Source: Candidatus Bathyarchaeota archaeon (GTDB lineage: Archaea; Thermoproteota; Bathyarchaeia; Bathyarchaeales; Bathyarchaeaceae). Taken from it: a DNA stretch of 64,000 bases. A program made the position numbers and the translations under genes. This document shows positions 28,878 through 38,717 of the stretch, in pieces (position 1 is the stretch's first letter; every line of letters begins with the position of its first letter). The notes under the pieces were generated by a model. It worked only from the letters and a program-made list of their open reading frames with translations. It had not been told where the DNA came from and made no database searches. The stretch covers positions 74,837 through 138,836 of the forward strand of contig JASFHP010000002.1 of assembly GCA_050123155.1 (NCBI GenBank). Reading direction: 5' to 3'.

Positions 28878-29093
28878 TCGGATCGCACCTCCTATTCATT
28901 AAGAGAATTAGCTTCTCAGAACACTAATTCGGAAATGGTTAACCCTAAACTCACTTATAAAGTTGTGCACAATCATCTAAAAATGAATTGCCAATTTAAT
29001 ACACTTGAGTAGGGGCGCTGACTTTTTTGTATGCAGTTAATCGTCCCGTGATTGCCTATTCAGGTAGTAATCTAATGTTACGGTATGTTTTCT

Positions 29094-29333
29094 CTAAGTA
29101 GAGATAATCTTAGGTTGCTTCCTTTTTTCAGAACTAGTTTCTGTTCTTAGTGCAACACTATTTCCACATTCTTTGCATTCAACCGCAACACTGTCCATGG
29201 AAATTAGCCTGAAAGGTGTTAACCGCCCACATTTTTGGCATTTAGCAAAACGGAGTCTTACCCGGTCTTTTTTATGGATGGTTTCAAGTAACGCCGTAAA
29301 TATGTTATAATCCTTTGGTTTTGAGATTCCCAC
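29094..29333 (-). CDS. Small zinc-ribbon protein, 79 aa
   Basis: Track ORF containing CQKCGR...CKECGN. It lies directly downstream of the wHTH gene 29340..29651. Confidence 0.5.
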   Translation of the reverse strand: MGISKPKDYNIFTALLETIHKKDRVRLRFAKCQKCGRLTPFRLISMDSVAVECKECGNSVALRTETSSEKRKQPKIIST

Positions 29334-29339
29334 GAGAAC

Positions 29340-29651
29340 TCACCGCAATAAAGCTTCTGTTTCAACAGGTTCTCCTGGTCTCAGAAGGTTTGACATTTCC
29401 CTGTAATTTTTGATGTATTGCTTACCTTTAGCGGTTGCTTCGTAAAACTTCTTTCCATTCTCTACGTAGACCCTAAGGAACCCTTTTTCAGTTAGAAAAG
29501 AAAGATACTCGTTTACTTGGCTGAAACTCAGATTTGCATTATACATGATCCTGGTCTTCAGCTGGCTTTCCCTCGTTGCTTCTATTATTTCCGCCATTAT
29601 ATGTAGTCGGTCTCTCCGGTCCCAAACTTTTTGCACAGCACGATTTATCAA
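29340..29651 (-). CDS. Archaeal winged helix-turn-helix protein
   Basis: IMYNANLSFSQVNEYLSFLTEKGFLRVYVENGKKFYEATAKGKQYIKNY shows the typical wHTH pattern. A paralogous architecture occurs at 42297..42689. Confidence 0.65.
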   Translation of the reverse strand: MINRAVQKVWDRRDRLHIMAEIIEATRESQLKTRIMYNANLSFSQVNEYLSFLTEKGFLRVYVENGKKFYEATAKGKQYIKNYREMSNLLRPGEPVETEALLR

Positions 29652-29816
29652 TACAATTCCTCGCTAATTCAGTTCAGTAATTTTTCTCTGTACTTGTCAT
29701 GGTTAAAATACTGTGCTTCCTCAGAAAACATATTACAAAAAAAAGAATATACCAAAACTTATCCGATGCATGTTTGCTTCGGCGCAACAGGTGTTTACTC
29801 TTTTGTGCGGAATCTG

Positions 29817-30374
29817 CTAAATAATTGCTAGGTGCTCGAGGAGTATTTTCAGTCCTATGGCTATTAAAATTAGACCGCCTAATGATTCCACTCTGTTTTT
29901 TAAGACGCGTCCAAATCTGCCGCCAATATAGACGCCGAAAAAAGACAGGGAAAAGGTAACAACTCCAGTTGTGATTGCAGGAGTTGTGGCTGAAACATTG
30001 AGAAGAGAAAGGCTGAGACCAACGGCTAAAGCGTCAATGCTAGTGGCAATCGATAATATCAACAATACTTTGATGCTGAGCGAGCTGACGAATCTAGCGG
30101 ATTCCTTTCGGATAGACTCATAAATCATTCTGGAACCAATAAATACTAGAAGAAAAAAAGCTACCCAATGATCATAGTCTGAAATCAAATCTATAAGATG
30201 TACGCCAGCATGCCATCCGATGATGAGCATGATTCCCTGAAAGAACCCGAAGAAGGCGGCTATTTTGAGGGCATTAGAGGTTTTGAATGTTTTAGTTGCT
30301 AATCCGTTTGCTATGGCTACCGAAAACGAGTCCATTGCCAATCCTAAAGCAATCAACAGTGTTGTTATGTCCAT
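29817..30374 (-). CDS. mntP: Manganese efflux pump MntP family (DUF204 repeats)
   Basis: The product MDITTLLIALGLAMDSFSVAIANG... has six TM helices, and a second repeat carries SIDALAVG. Confidence 0.8.
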   Translation of the reverse strand: MDITTLLIALGLAMDSFSVAIANGLATKTFKTSNALKIAAFFGFFQGIMLIIGWHAGVHLIDLISDYDHWVAFFLLVFIGSRMIYESIRKESARFVSSLSIKVLLILSIATSIDALAVGLSLSLLNVSATTPAITTGVVTFSLSFFGVYIGGRFGRVLKNRVESLGGLILIAIGLKILLEHLAII

Positions 30375-30519
30375 CAGTCTTCACTTTTGGATTTATAGTT
30401 TTTGAATAAGCGTACACCTAAAAACGTTTCTGAGCTAGAATTTCGAAGTCTTTCATAATTGAGAGCAATCTTAATAAGTGGAAAGTGGGTCGAGGTCGGT
30501 ATTCACGTTCGGGTAGTGT

Positions 30520-31626
30520 GTGACGGTAGTAATCTCTGAAACTGTCGACGATAAAACTGGAAACGGTCTTTCTATTCCCGTAGACTTGATTCGCACCTTC
30601 GGCATTATATTGGTGGTGCTGCTTCATGCATCCAACGAATACTACACTGCCATACAGCAGACCTCTCTTGAATTGCCGGTGTATTGGTGGTCATCCACCA
30701 TTTACAAGTCCTTTGCTCTGCCCTGCGTTCCCCTGTTCGTTATTCTGAGTGGCGCCCTGTTGCTTCAGCCCTCCAAAACTAACGAGCCTATCCGTGTTTT
30801 TTTGAAAAAGCGGTTTAATCGTATTGGTTTTGCTTTCATGTTCTGGACTGCAGTCTATCTTGTGTGGGCATTCCTAGTCAGCCAGACACCCGTCACTTTA
30901 GGCAATGTTGTCGAGGGGGCACTCTACAGTTTATTCTCTGGCTCTTACTATCATTTCTGGTTTCTTTATCTGATAGCTGGTCTGTACCTGCTTACCCCTA
31001 TTTTGCGTAAAATAGTGTCAGTTAAGGACCCTAAACTTCTCAAGTACCTCATACTTCTGTGGTTTGTAGATGTAGCCATTGTGCCCCTTATCCAATTGAT
31101 TACCGGGTATTCTCTGAACGACACTGTTTTTGTGGTTGGCGGATTCATAGGCTATTTCGTTTTGGGTGTATACCTGCAGAAGGTAAAGGTACGTTCTTCA
31201 ATTTTGCATGTGCTCCTTTTCTTGAGTTTCATTTTTACAATAGTTAGCACTTGGTTTATGCACTTTCATTTTCAGTCTATAGGCCAAAACTACTTCTTTT
31301 TTGGTTATCTGTCTGTGAATGTGATACTGGCGTCGGTTACTATGTTCTTGCTTTTGAGCAAGTTAACGGTCAATTGGTCAAGAGACGTTCATCCTCTTGT
31401 CACCAGGGTTGTGCATGCAATCGGCAGAAACACTTTGCCAATCTACATGCTCCATTTAATTGTTATGGAAACGCTTCAAAGAGGCTACCTTGGGTTTAAG
31501 TTGAGTCTCACAGTCATGAATCCGATTATTGGAATCCCGATTATAACAGTAGCTACCCTCTCCATCACGTTTGGATTAATTCTTCTCATGAAAAAAGTGC
31601 CTGTTTTGAGGACACTTATCGGCTAA
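30520..31626 (+). CDS. Membrane acyltransferase family 3 protein
   Basis: It has about 10 TM helices and the N-terminal motif IRTFGIILVVLLHA typical of acyltransferase_3. Confidence 0.7.
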   Translation: MTVVISETVDDKTGNGLSIPVDLIRTFGIILVVLLHASNEYYTAIQQTSLELPVYWWSSTIYKSFALPCVPLFVILSGALLLQPSKTNEPIRVFLKKRFNRIGFAFMFWTAVYLVWAFLVSQTPVTLGNVVEGALYSLFSGSYYHFWFLYLIAGLYLLTPILRKIVSVKDPKLLKYLILLWFVDVAIVPLIQLITGYSLNDTVFVVGGFIGYFVLGVYLQKVKVRSSILHVLLFLSFIFTIVSTWFMHFHFQSIGQNYFFFGYLSVNVILASVTMFLLLSKLTVNWSRDVHPLVTRVVHAIGRNTLPIYMLHLIVMETLQRGYLGFKLSLTVMNPIIGIPIITVATLSITFGLILLMKKVPVLRTLIG

Positions 31627-31651
31627 GCATGTACAAAAAAACATTGTGAAA

Positions 31652-32347
31652 TCAAGAGCTTTCCGTGGAAAGAATGATTGCCTCGTAAACTTCGTTGGCT
31701 ATGACTGCTGCTCCCTCGCTGTCAGGATGTATACCGTCCCAGAAATATTCTGGGTGATTTTCTAATGCGGCGTAAACATCAATAATGAGCAATCCTTCAT
31801 CGTTTGCTATCTCCTCAATCCGGGGGATTATCCCATCCAACAAGTTCTCATTTTTCAGTTCATATTCGTTGTCGAAAAGTGGAGGCGGTTTCGCGAGAAA
31901 AATTTTCGGATTACTTTCTAGTGCTTGGATTTCGTTTATCAGTTTCATGTAGTCGAAAACAAAATTTTCAATTGATTTGTAGTGGTCTGTGCGGGCATCG
32001 TTGGTTCCAAGCATGATAATGGCAATATCAGGCATGAAGTTTTTCGCTTTGACAAACTCAATCTGATCGATGTAGGGTTTGCCTGTGTCGAGCAAAACTG
32101 TTGAGCCGCCGACGCCGAAATTTCCAACTGTATAACTGGTTCCTAGAAGACTCTGTAGTTCATCTGGGTAGTAAGGCAGCTCTGTTATGCTGTCGCCGAT
32201 GCATGCAACACGGATTAAGTTGGCGCTGCTGTTGTTGTATACCGTGTTTTCAAGAATTATTGCTAATATACTCAGAGTTACTAGCAGAACGCAAATGCAT
32301 ACTACAACCTTTTTTACGTTTATGCTGATCCTTCCTCGAGTAAACAC
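31652..32347 (-). CDS. SGNH/GDSL hydrolase with an N-terminal membrane anchor
   Basis: Block I is ACIGDSITE, block III is GTNDA, and block V is DGIHP. Confidence 0.75.
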   Translation of the reverse strand: MFTRGRISINVKKVVVCICVLLVTLSILAIILENTVYNNSSANLIRVACIGDSITELPYYPDELQSLLGTSYTVGNFGVGGSTVLLDTGKPYIDQIEFVKAKNFMPDIAIIMLGTNDARTDHYKSIENFVFDYMKLINEIQALESNPKIFLAKPPPLFDNEYELKNENLLDGIIPRIEEIANDEGLLIIDVYAALENHPEYFWDGIHPDSEGAAVIANEVYEAIILSTESS

Positions 32348-32469
32348 AGGACTGTTGAACTTTACTATTCATTAATCTAAAAAGATTTCTGAGCAAGATC
32401 ACGAATAATACAACAGATTCAACCTATGCAATGCGCCCTTTTCTACGCGAAAGTCAAAAAGTTCTTGTT

Positions 32470-33012
32470 CTAAACGATGTATCGGTAGGCGACGTATTTT
32501 CCAGCAGTCTGACTTTTTCTAATAACCCTAACTATGTCTCCTGGTTTGCCGCCCACAGCTATGATGGCAGGGTCGTGAGCGTTGATTCTGGGCAACTGGT
32601 AAGGTTGCACTTTATGGTCTTCCAGAAATTTTTCTTTTTCCTCAGGTGTGAGAAGTTCATGTTTCGACACAAAATCGTGGTCGAAAATTTGGAACGACGG
32701 AAAGTTTTTGGGAATCAGTTCTATTCCGAGTTTTTTGGAGCGGGTCTTGGCGGTGTGGGTGTACTTTCCGATTGTGGTGATGATTCCCTTTTCAACTTTT
32801 GCATCATCCATGGCTTTCTTAAGTTGCGTAACGTACGCAACTCCCACTGTTCCGTCGGTGGTGACAGCCCACAAAATCGCTTTTTTGCCATTTTTCATTT
32901 TGAGTTTGTAGCTGATGGCGTTTTTTATGTCTTCCTTTTTTGTTATCTTGTAACCGCGAAGTTTTATGAGAACCTTGGTTTTCTTCTCTACCAACGTTTC
33001 TTTGGAACTCAA
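32470..33012 (-). CDS. rpoH: RNA polymerase subunit H with an additional N-terminal Rpb5-N-like domain, 180 aa
   Basis: The C-terminus HELLTPEEKEKFLEDHKVQPYQLPRINAHDPAIIAVGGKPGDIVRVIRKSQTAGKYVAYRYIV matches the RpoH/Rpb5-C signature. About 100 extra N-terminal residues are present (LRGYKITK...VGVAYV...KGIITT...ELIPKN). The start is TTG 33012, 7 nt after GAGGAA. Confidence 0.8.
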   Translation of the reverse strand: MSSKETLVEKKTKVLIKLRGYKITKKEDIKNAISYKLKMKNGKKAILWAVTTDGTVGVAYVTQLKKAMDDAKVEKGIITTIGKYTHTAKTRSKKLGIELIPKNFPSFQIFDHDFVSKHELLTPEEKEKFLEDHKVQPYQLPRINAHDPAIIAVGGKPGDIVRVIRKSQTAGKYVAYRYIV

Positions 33013-33102
33013 CTATTCATTCCTCAAGCTAGACAAGTATTTAGAGGGAAAGCCGTCTGCAAACCCTTAAACTTTACGCTATTTCAGCTTCACTTAAGAT
33101 GC

Positions 33103-33330
33103 TTATTCTTCGGTTACAGTGATCACAGCTGCGGGACAGGAATCTTCTGCCTCTCTGGCGTTTTCAATCTCTTCATCATCAAAGCCCCCCGAAGATGCGC
33201 TGGCATCGGTTTCTCCCCCTATCACGGTTGACTTTCCTTCCTCGTCAGGTTCGAAATGAGCCGGGTCTATGCTGTAACATGTGCCGCAGGCGATGCATCC
33301 CTCTCGTTCGATCTCAATCTTATACTTCAC
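33103..33330 (-). CDS. Small single-cluster ferredoxin, 75 aa
   Basis: CIACGTCYSIDP...SCPAAVITV is the pattern of a monocluster ferredoxin. An acidic stretch lies in the middle. Confidence 0.8.
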   Translation of the reverse strand: MKYKIEIEREGCIACGTCYSIDPAHFEPDEEGKSTVIGGETDASASSGGFDDEEIENAREAEDSCPAAVITVTEE

Positions 33331-33475
33331 TTGAAATCAACACCTAATGTTAGTAAAGTTTGACAATTAACCAATTAAAACTTGTCATCAGCCGCAATCG
33401 CCGTTTTGATGAAGGAAATAAACACACAACCGCAAACTTGGCAGCCCCAGAAGAGATACGGCAGAACCCCACTCG

Positions 33476-33530
33476 CATATTAGGAGCCTAATAAAGGTAC
33501 ATTGTTGAAAACAGTCTTTTTCAGAAAAAA
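33476..33530 (+). repeat. Dispersed intergenic element, copy 3
   Basis: Sequence CATATTAGGAGCCTAATAAAGGTACATTGTTGAAAACAGTCTTTTTCAGAAAAAAA. It lies 146 nt from the ferredoxin start codon. Confidence 0.85.
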
Positions 33531-33711
33531 ATAAAATGCTTGGTCTATTCCCCGCCTGATTACGCCCCGCGCGCATCAGTTACTGTACACAGTAGCGCAA
33601 AAGAAAAAGATGGTTTTTCAGGGTCTCCTTTACTTGAATATCACAATTTGCTTACCGCTATAGAAAGATGCGGGGGGGCATCGAAATAATTGGGGGAGTG
33701 GCTTTTTCCCT

Positions 33712-33930
33712 TTATTGAGAGGATGGTTTGCTTAGGTATACCCAGATCACTACAAAGAATGTAGTTATCAGAGCGCCTGCTATACCTGATATGACGATTT
33801 CTGATGCGAATAGCAGAGGAAAGTTAGCCACCAACCAAGGCCACACTGTGTGGAAACCGATGTTAGCGATTACTCCGCCAACGAAACCCAGCAGGGCAAA
33901 TACTCCTAGTATTTTTATTCTGTCACTCAT
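33712..33930 (-). CDS. Small two-TM membrane protein, 72 aa
   Basis: ATG 33930 follows AAGGTGA: MSDRIKILGVFALLGFVGGVIANIGFH... The track ORF extends to 34341, but that extension overlaps the cdvB-paralog promoter and start and looks non-coding. Confidence 0.5.
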   Translation of the reverse strand: MSDRIKILGVFALLGFVGGVIANIGFHTVWPWLVANFPLLFASEIVISGIAGALITTFFVVIWVYLSKPSSQ

Positions 33931-34156
33931 TCGTTTCACCTTGCTTTTAACAGTTAAATCTTCGCGCTTTTGAGTGTAACTTACACGAAACTGTTTATTT
34001 TCACCTATGCGCCCCATCTCTCTTTCAATCTTAAATTTAAAGCTCAAAACGGCGGCGGAATGGGTATAGTATGTCTGGTATATATGTAAATGTTCGTTGC
34101 ATATTAACAATGTAATAATACGCTTTAAACACACCTCCTTGCGTGAGGAAATTAGA

Positions 34157-34804
34157 ATGTCAGAAAAATTCGCAAAAAAATGGGGAGAAGGAGTTGACGA
34201 CACACCTCTCAGTAGCAGAATTAAGGACGCCGTTCGCCCTCCAGGTCCTCTGAAACCAAGATTAGATTTCGCAGTAAAAAGAATGGAAATGCAGATACAG
34301 AAACTCGACAAAGCAGCAGACCGCTTCACAGAACGCGACAAGTCGATATTCGCAAAAATTGTTCAAGCCTACACAAAGCACGATATGGCACGAGCCAACG
34401 TCTTCGCCAACGAACTAGCTGAAATACGAAAAATGGAAAAAATGATTATGCACTCTAGGCTAGCCCTAGAACAGATAGTTCTCAGACTAAGCACAGTTTC
34501 AGAACTAGGCGACGTAGTCAGTACCTTGGCTCCAGCAGTTAACGTATTGCGAAGCGTCAAGAGTGGAATGTCTACAGTCTTTCCAGAAGCAGAACGTGAG
34601 ATCGGAAGCATCGGAAACCTACTCAGTGGAATCATCATGGACGCAGGTTACAACTCAGGCATGGGCATTGACTTCCAGACAGCAGGAGAAGACGCTCAGA
34701 AGATACTGAACGAAGCAGCCACTGTTGCAGAACAGAAGGTCAAAGAGAAGTTCCCAGACTTGCCCACGGGCATCCCGTCATTTGGTGAAGCCAGTTCGCA
34801 ATAA
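34157..34804 (+). CDS. ESCRT-III (Snf7/CdvB-family) paralog without a winged helix
   Basis: ATG 34157 follows GAGGAA. The product MSEKFAKKWGEG...RPPGPLKPRLDFAVKRMEMQIQKLD...FANELAEIRKMEK... has the helical hairpin core. A paralog lies at 50909..51553. Confidence 0.8.
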   Translation: MSEKFAKKWGEGVDDTPLSSRIKDAVRPPGPLKPRLDFAVKRMEMQIQKLDKAADRFTERDKSIFAKIVQAYTKHDMARANVFANELAEIRKMEKMIMHSRLALEQIVLRLSTVSELGDVVSTLAPAVNVLRSVKSGMSTVFPEAEREIGSIGNLLSGIIMDAGYNSGMGIDFQTAGEDAQKILNEAATVAEQKVKEKFPDLPTGIPSFGEASSQ

Positions 34805-34856
34805 ACACACGTCTGTAAAAAACAAGGATGTACACGGAAATTAAGGAGGTGACACT

Positions 34857-35618
34857 GTGTCAAAATCCATTTCCAACCCCTTTCTTTTTGTTGGTAAACA
34901 AATAAAGGATGAATACGGGAGGCAAATTGGTCGAGTAGCATCATTCAAGGTAACACCCACCGGTCGCATAGACGGAATCTTTGTTGAGCACGGAGACGGA
35001 GAATTCCTAAGCTACACCAGTGATCAAATAAAACTTGACAACGGGGACCTAGTGATCTCGCCGACGCTCAAATTGAAAGCCAAATCTCTATGCAACGAAA
35101 TTCCACTGATATGGAGAAAAGACAGGGCTTTAAACGAGCTTGTGGAAAAGAAGAAGATTCCGCCTGAAATGTACGATGATCTACACAGCACTTTTGAAGG
35201 AGCTTTAAATCAACTAAAAGATAACGCCAAAGAACTCACAGAGAATATAGACAACGAAATTGACCGCTGCAACAAACAGATTCACTCACTTCACTCAGCA
35301 TTGATAAACCTAGAAATTGAACGCGAAATCGGCAGATTAAACGGCGAGGCATATGAGAAGGCTTTGGGAATAATCCAATGGGGCCTAAAGGGAGTCAACG
35401 CAGAAAAAAGCGACCTAGAAGCTTTGAAGAGCAAACTATCCAATCTCCTTCTCGGAGACCAAACTGCAAAGGCACCTGAAACAACAACACCTGAAGCACC
35501 CAAAACACAAAGCCCAGAACAACCGGAGATTCCGAAAGCACCAGCTCCTGTCTCTTCGAACCTTCCAGAACCCCCAGTAGTTGTTCATGTACGGAACCCA
35601 AGCAAACAAAGTTCGTAA
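34857..35618 (+). CDS. cdvA: CdvA (PRC-barrel-like N-domain, coiled coil, Pro-rich tail)
   Basis: GTG 34857 follows GGAGGTGA. The N-domain reads FVGKQIKDEYGRQIGRVASFKVTPTGRIDGIFVEHGDGEF. A long coiled coil follows, then the tail PETTTPEAPKTQSPEQPEIPKAPAPV...PEPPVVVHV. Confidence 0.75.
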   Translation: MSKSISNPFLFVGKQIKDEYGRQIGRVASFKVTPTGRIDGIFVEHGDGEFLSYTSDQIKLDNGDLVISPTLKLKAKSLCNEIPLIWRKDRALNELVEKKKIPPEMYDDLHSTFEGALNQLKDNAKELTENIDNEIDRCNKQIHSLHSALINLEIEREIGRLNGEAYEKALGIIQWGLKGVNAEKSDLEALKSKLSNLLLGDQTAKAPETTTPEAPKTQSPEQPEIPKAPAPVSSNLPEPPVVVHVRNPSKQSS

Positions 35619-35626
35619 TCTCTTAG

Positions 35627-36511
35627 TTCTGTGAGGGAAACTCCATCAAAAACCCTTTCCGCGCTTCCCCCAACTTTGAACACGTAGTTGTTGAGGCGGT
35701 ACCGAAGCTTAAGTCTCAACAGTTCAAACTAGGGCAGGTCATCATCAAACTCACTCGCAGAGATAAAATTCTCTTCAAAACGTGTGCAAAAGCTCTAAAA
35801 GAAAAAAACAAGGAACGCGCAGCAATCTTTGCTAACGAGCTTGCTGAAATCAGAAAACTCACCAAAGTCATCTATCACACTCAGATTCTTGTAGAACGCA
35901 TCATCTTACGGCTAGAAACACTCAAAGAATTCAACGCAGCCTTCGCGGATCTGAAACCAGTTCTCACGAACCTTCAATCAGTCACAAAAAGCCTCGGTTC
36001 CTTCATGCCCCAGATGGCCTTTGAAATGGAAAGGGTGAACGAGACCATATTCGAGGTCATATCCATGACCAAAATTGACACCTCAAAACTTGAAGTGCCG
36101 ACGGACGTTAAGACTCCTGGAGGTGAAGAAGTTCTTGCAGAAGTCGCCGAGTTCCTAGAGGAACAGATAACCGACAAACTGCCTGAACCTCCAACTTCCG
36201 CTCCGGTCATGGAAACGGCCCAACCTCAACGGGTAACAAAACAGAGAAAGATGGTTGCCCTCACTGCTTCCTGCTCAGAAATTTCTGAGCCAGTGAAGTC
36301 CCAGAACTATGTGTCCTATAAAGACACTGAAGTGAAACGAATCAGTTGGACGGTTAATGATGAATTAGAGGAATCAGTGTTGGAATATGCAAAAAGACGT
36401 GAAGGACAGTTGGACGTCACTCAATGTGCTAATGAATTGAACGTTGCATGCGGAGAAATCGAAAAGGCATTGGAGCAGTTGGGCGTGAAAGGCAGAATTA
36501 AGATTGCGTAG
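35627..36511 (+). CDS. cdvB: CdvB (ESCRT-III with a C-terminal winged helix); the open frame starts at 35627 but the first canonical start is ATG 36005
   Basis: Own translation of the frame upstream of track ORF 36005..36511 gives ...LTRRDKILFKTCAKALKEKNKERAAIFANELAEIRKLTKVIYHTQILVERIILRLETL... This aligns with the two paralogs. The C-terminus (EESVLEYAKRREGQLDVTQCANELNVACGEIEKALEQLGVKGRIKI) is wH-like. Confidence 0.7.
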   Translation, partial: FCEGNSIKNPFRASPNFEHVVVEAVPKLKSQQFKLGQVIIKLTRRDKILFKTCAKALKEKNKERAAIFANELAEIRKLTKVIYHTQILVERIILRLETLKEFNAAFADLKPVLTNLQSVTKSLGSFMPQMAFEMERVNETIFEVISMTKIDTSKLEVPTDVKTPGGEEVLAEVAEFLEEQITDKLPEPPTSAPVMETAQPQRVTKQRKMVALTASCSEISEPVKSQNYVSYKDTEVKRISWTVNDELEESVLEYAKRREGQLDVTQCANELNVACGEIEKALEQLGVKGRIKIA

Positions 36512-37701
36512 TGATTAAGATGAGTGCTTCTCAAGAACTTGAACAAGCTGCAACAAAATATGCTTTGGAGGCTGTCCGCCTTGACAAACAAGGTTCAAGG
36601 GGGATGGCCATCACAATGTACCAGAAAGGCATCTCTACTCTCCTGAAGCTCGTTAGATTATATCCGGACTATGGGTTAAACACGGTTTACATTCAACGTG
36701 CACAAGCGTATCAGGAGCGAATAAAGGCTCTGCAAGGAGAAAGACCGGTTCAGCCTATCCCGCCTCAGTCAGACAGCCAGATGGAGACAACGGAACCACC
36801 CCCAGCACAGACAGAAGGTGACGGAAAAGCAAGCTACGATGAACTTGTGCTCCAAGAGAAACCCAACGTAAACTGGACCCAGGTTGTGGGATTAGACCCT
36901 GCTAAAAAAGCCATCAAAGAAGCCATAGTGTACCCGGTTGAGAGACCGGACCTGTTTCCGTTAGGGTGGCCTAGGGGAATACTTCTTTTTGGTCCTCCCG
37001 GATGCGGAAAAACTCTGCTGGCAGCTGCTGTGGCAACAGAGATTGACGCTGCCTTCGTTTCAGTGGATGCAGCGTCGGTTATGTCGAAGTGGTTAGGCGA
37101 GGCTGAAAAGAACGTTGCACAACTGTTTGCTCAAGCCAGAAAGACTGCAGGTAATGGACGTCCCGCTATAATATTTATTGACGAGTTAGATTCGCTGATT
37201 GGTATGCACTCGAATGAGGTTGGCGGAGAAACCAGAGTTCGCAACCAGTTTCTCAAGGAGATGGACGGAGTTATGGATAAAGGCAAGAACATCCATGCGT
37301 ACGTTATCGGAGCCACCAACAAGCCTTGGGCTCTAGACTGGCCTTTCATACGTAGATTTCAGAAACGAATCATGGTTCCCCTGCCCGACCACGCGGCTCG
37401 ACTAAATATGCTTAAACTTTACACGCAGCATCTGAATCTGTCGCCGAAGGTGAACTTAGACGAGTTGGCTGGGATGGCTGCTGGCTTCTCTGGAAGCGAT
37501 ATACGGGACATTTGCCAGTCAGCGCACCTGCGGGTTATCGGAGAACTCTTTGACTCGGGTAAAGCAAGTGACAAGCACGCTAAGCCTAGACCTATAACCA
37601 TGGATGACTTCAAAGGCATCCTAGAAGATAGAAAGCCCAGCGTATCTCCACGCGTTATCTCAACATATAACGAATGGTCTGAAGCCTTCAAAGCACTCTA
37701 A
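36511..37701 (+). CDS. cdvC: CdvC / Vps4-type AAA+ ATPase with an N-terminal MIT domain
   Basis: The MIT-like three-helix N-terminus reads AATKYALEAVRLDKQGSRGMAITMYQKGISTLLKL. Walker A is GPPGCGKT, Walker B is IIFIDELD, and the second region of homology is present. The start is GTG 36511 (overlapping the cdvB stop) or ATG 36520. Confidence 0.9.
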   Translation: MIKMSASQELEQAATKYALEAVRLDKQGSRGMAITMYQKGISTLLKLVRLYPDYGLNTVYIQRAQAYQERIKALQGERPVQPIPPQSDSQMETTEPPPAQTEGDGKASYDELVLQEKPNVNWTQVVGLDPAKKAIKEAIVYPVERPDLFPLGWPRGILLFGPPGCGKTLLAAAVATEIDAAFVSVDAASVMSKWLGEAEKNVAQLFAQARKTAGNGRPAIIFIDELDSLIGMHSNEVGGETRVRNQFLKEMDGVMDKGKNIHAYVIGATNKPWALDWPFIRRFQKRIMVPLPDHAARLNMLKLYTQHLNLSPKVNLDELAGMAAGFSGSDIRDICQSAHLRVIGELFDSGKASDKHAKPRPITMDDFKGILEDRKPSVSPRVISTYNEWSEAFKAL

Positions 37702-37848
37702 CATGAAACTGGGAGGTTAACAAGCTCTTAAATGGGTGGTCTTGGAAAGGTTCAGAGAGGAACGATTCCTTCGAAGGTCCTGAAAAATCTCCTTTCTCTC
37801 TTCTTTCAGTGCTTTCTTTCTGAACCCCAAAAACGCCACTTGAGTTTG

Positions 37849-38571
37849 CTAGCCTCTTGACAACCGCTTGATGACTATCGAAACCTTCTCTTCCCCCTTT
37901 ATTTTCGCACCTTTTAAACTTGAGACCATGGCAAGAACAGCGTTTCTTATGATGTCTTGAACAAAATCGCCTAAGGGCACAAATTTTTCATCTATCTGTA
38001 TCGTGATTTTTTCTTCTCGCTTCCGTTTTTTTTCCACCAAAACTGCAACTTTGTTGGTCACCAAATCCACAAGTTTTTCTGGCTCTTTTTGTGCATCTAC
38101 ACAAAGGATTTCTGTTTCCACTTTTCCGTCTGGAATAGAAGTAAGAAAAGCTAGGATATTCTTGTAGAGTTCAGGAGCAGTTATTATTTCGTTAACAGTT
38201 TTTGCGGTTACAAGTTTAGGTATGCTTGAATCTTGTTCGACTAAGCCTTTGAATCCTTCAAGGATTATGATGTCAGCTTCGTCAGGGGTCTCTGCAACAA
38301 TCTGTTCTAGACTATATTCTGTGGTGTCAACCTTTTTGATGGCAGTCAGTTCTTTGGGGGCTACGCTTAAAACTGAGCTTGCTCCAGCCTTGGCGTACCT
38401 CCATGTGTCTTTGCCTTCTGTGTCTATCGTAAATTCAGGGTGGTTAGGAATATGCTTTGCAGATGCAATCGTGTAGCCTCTTTTTGTTAATCCCTTAATC
38501 AGGGCTTCTATAGCCGTGGTTTTTCCTGAATTGCTGTTTCCAGCAACAGCAACTATAACTCTGTTGAACAT
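37849..38571 (-). CDS. mobB: MobB-like P-loop protein (molybdopterin-guanine dinucleotide biosynthesis adaptor family) with a C-terminal extension
   Basis: The N-terminus VAVAGNSNSGKTTAIEALIKGLTKRGYTIASAKH matches the MobB Walker A context. Confidence 0.65.
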   Translation of the reverse strand: MFNRVIVAVAGNSNSGKTTAIEALIKGLTKRGYTIASAKHIPNHPEFTIDTEGKDTWRYAKAGASSVLSVAPKELTAIKKVDTTEYSLEQIVAETPDEADIIILEGFKGLVEQDSSIPKLVTAKTVNEIITAPELYKNILAFLTSIPDGKVETEILCVDAQKEPEKLVDLVTNKVAVLVEKKRKREEKITIQIDEKFVPLGDFVQDIIRNAVLAMVSSLKGAKIKGEEKVSIVIKRLSRG

Positions 38572-38717
38572 TTCTTGAGTCTCCTCTCAGCTAACTAGTC
38601 TGATTCGAAGATTTAAATTATCGGGGAAGGTGTACACTTGATGGGTCAGGGCAGCAAAGTACTTTGTAACACAAAGCTTTTTATAGTGTGATTTACTTTG
38701 TAGTGTGTGGTGAGCGT

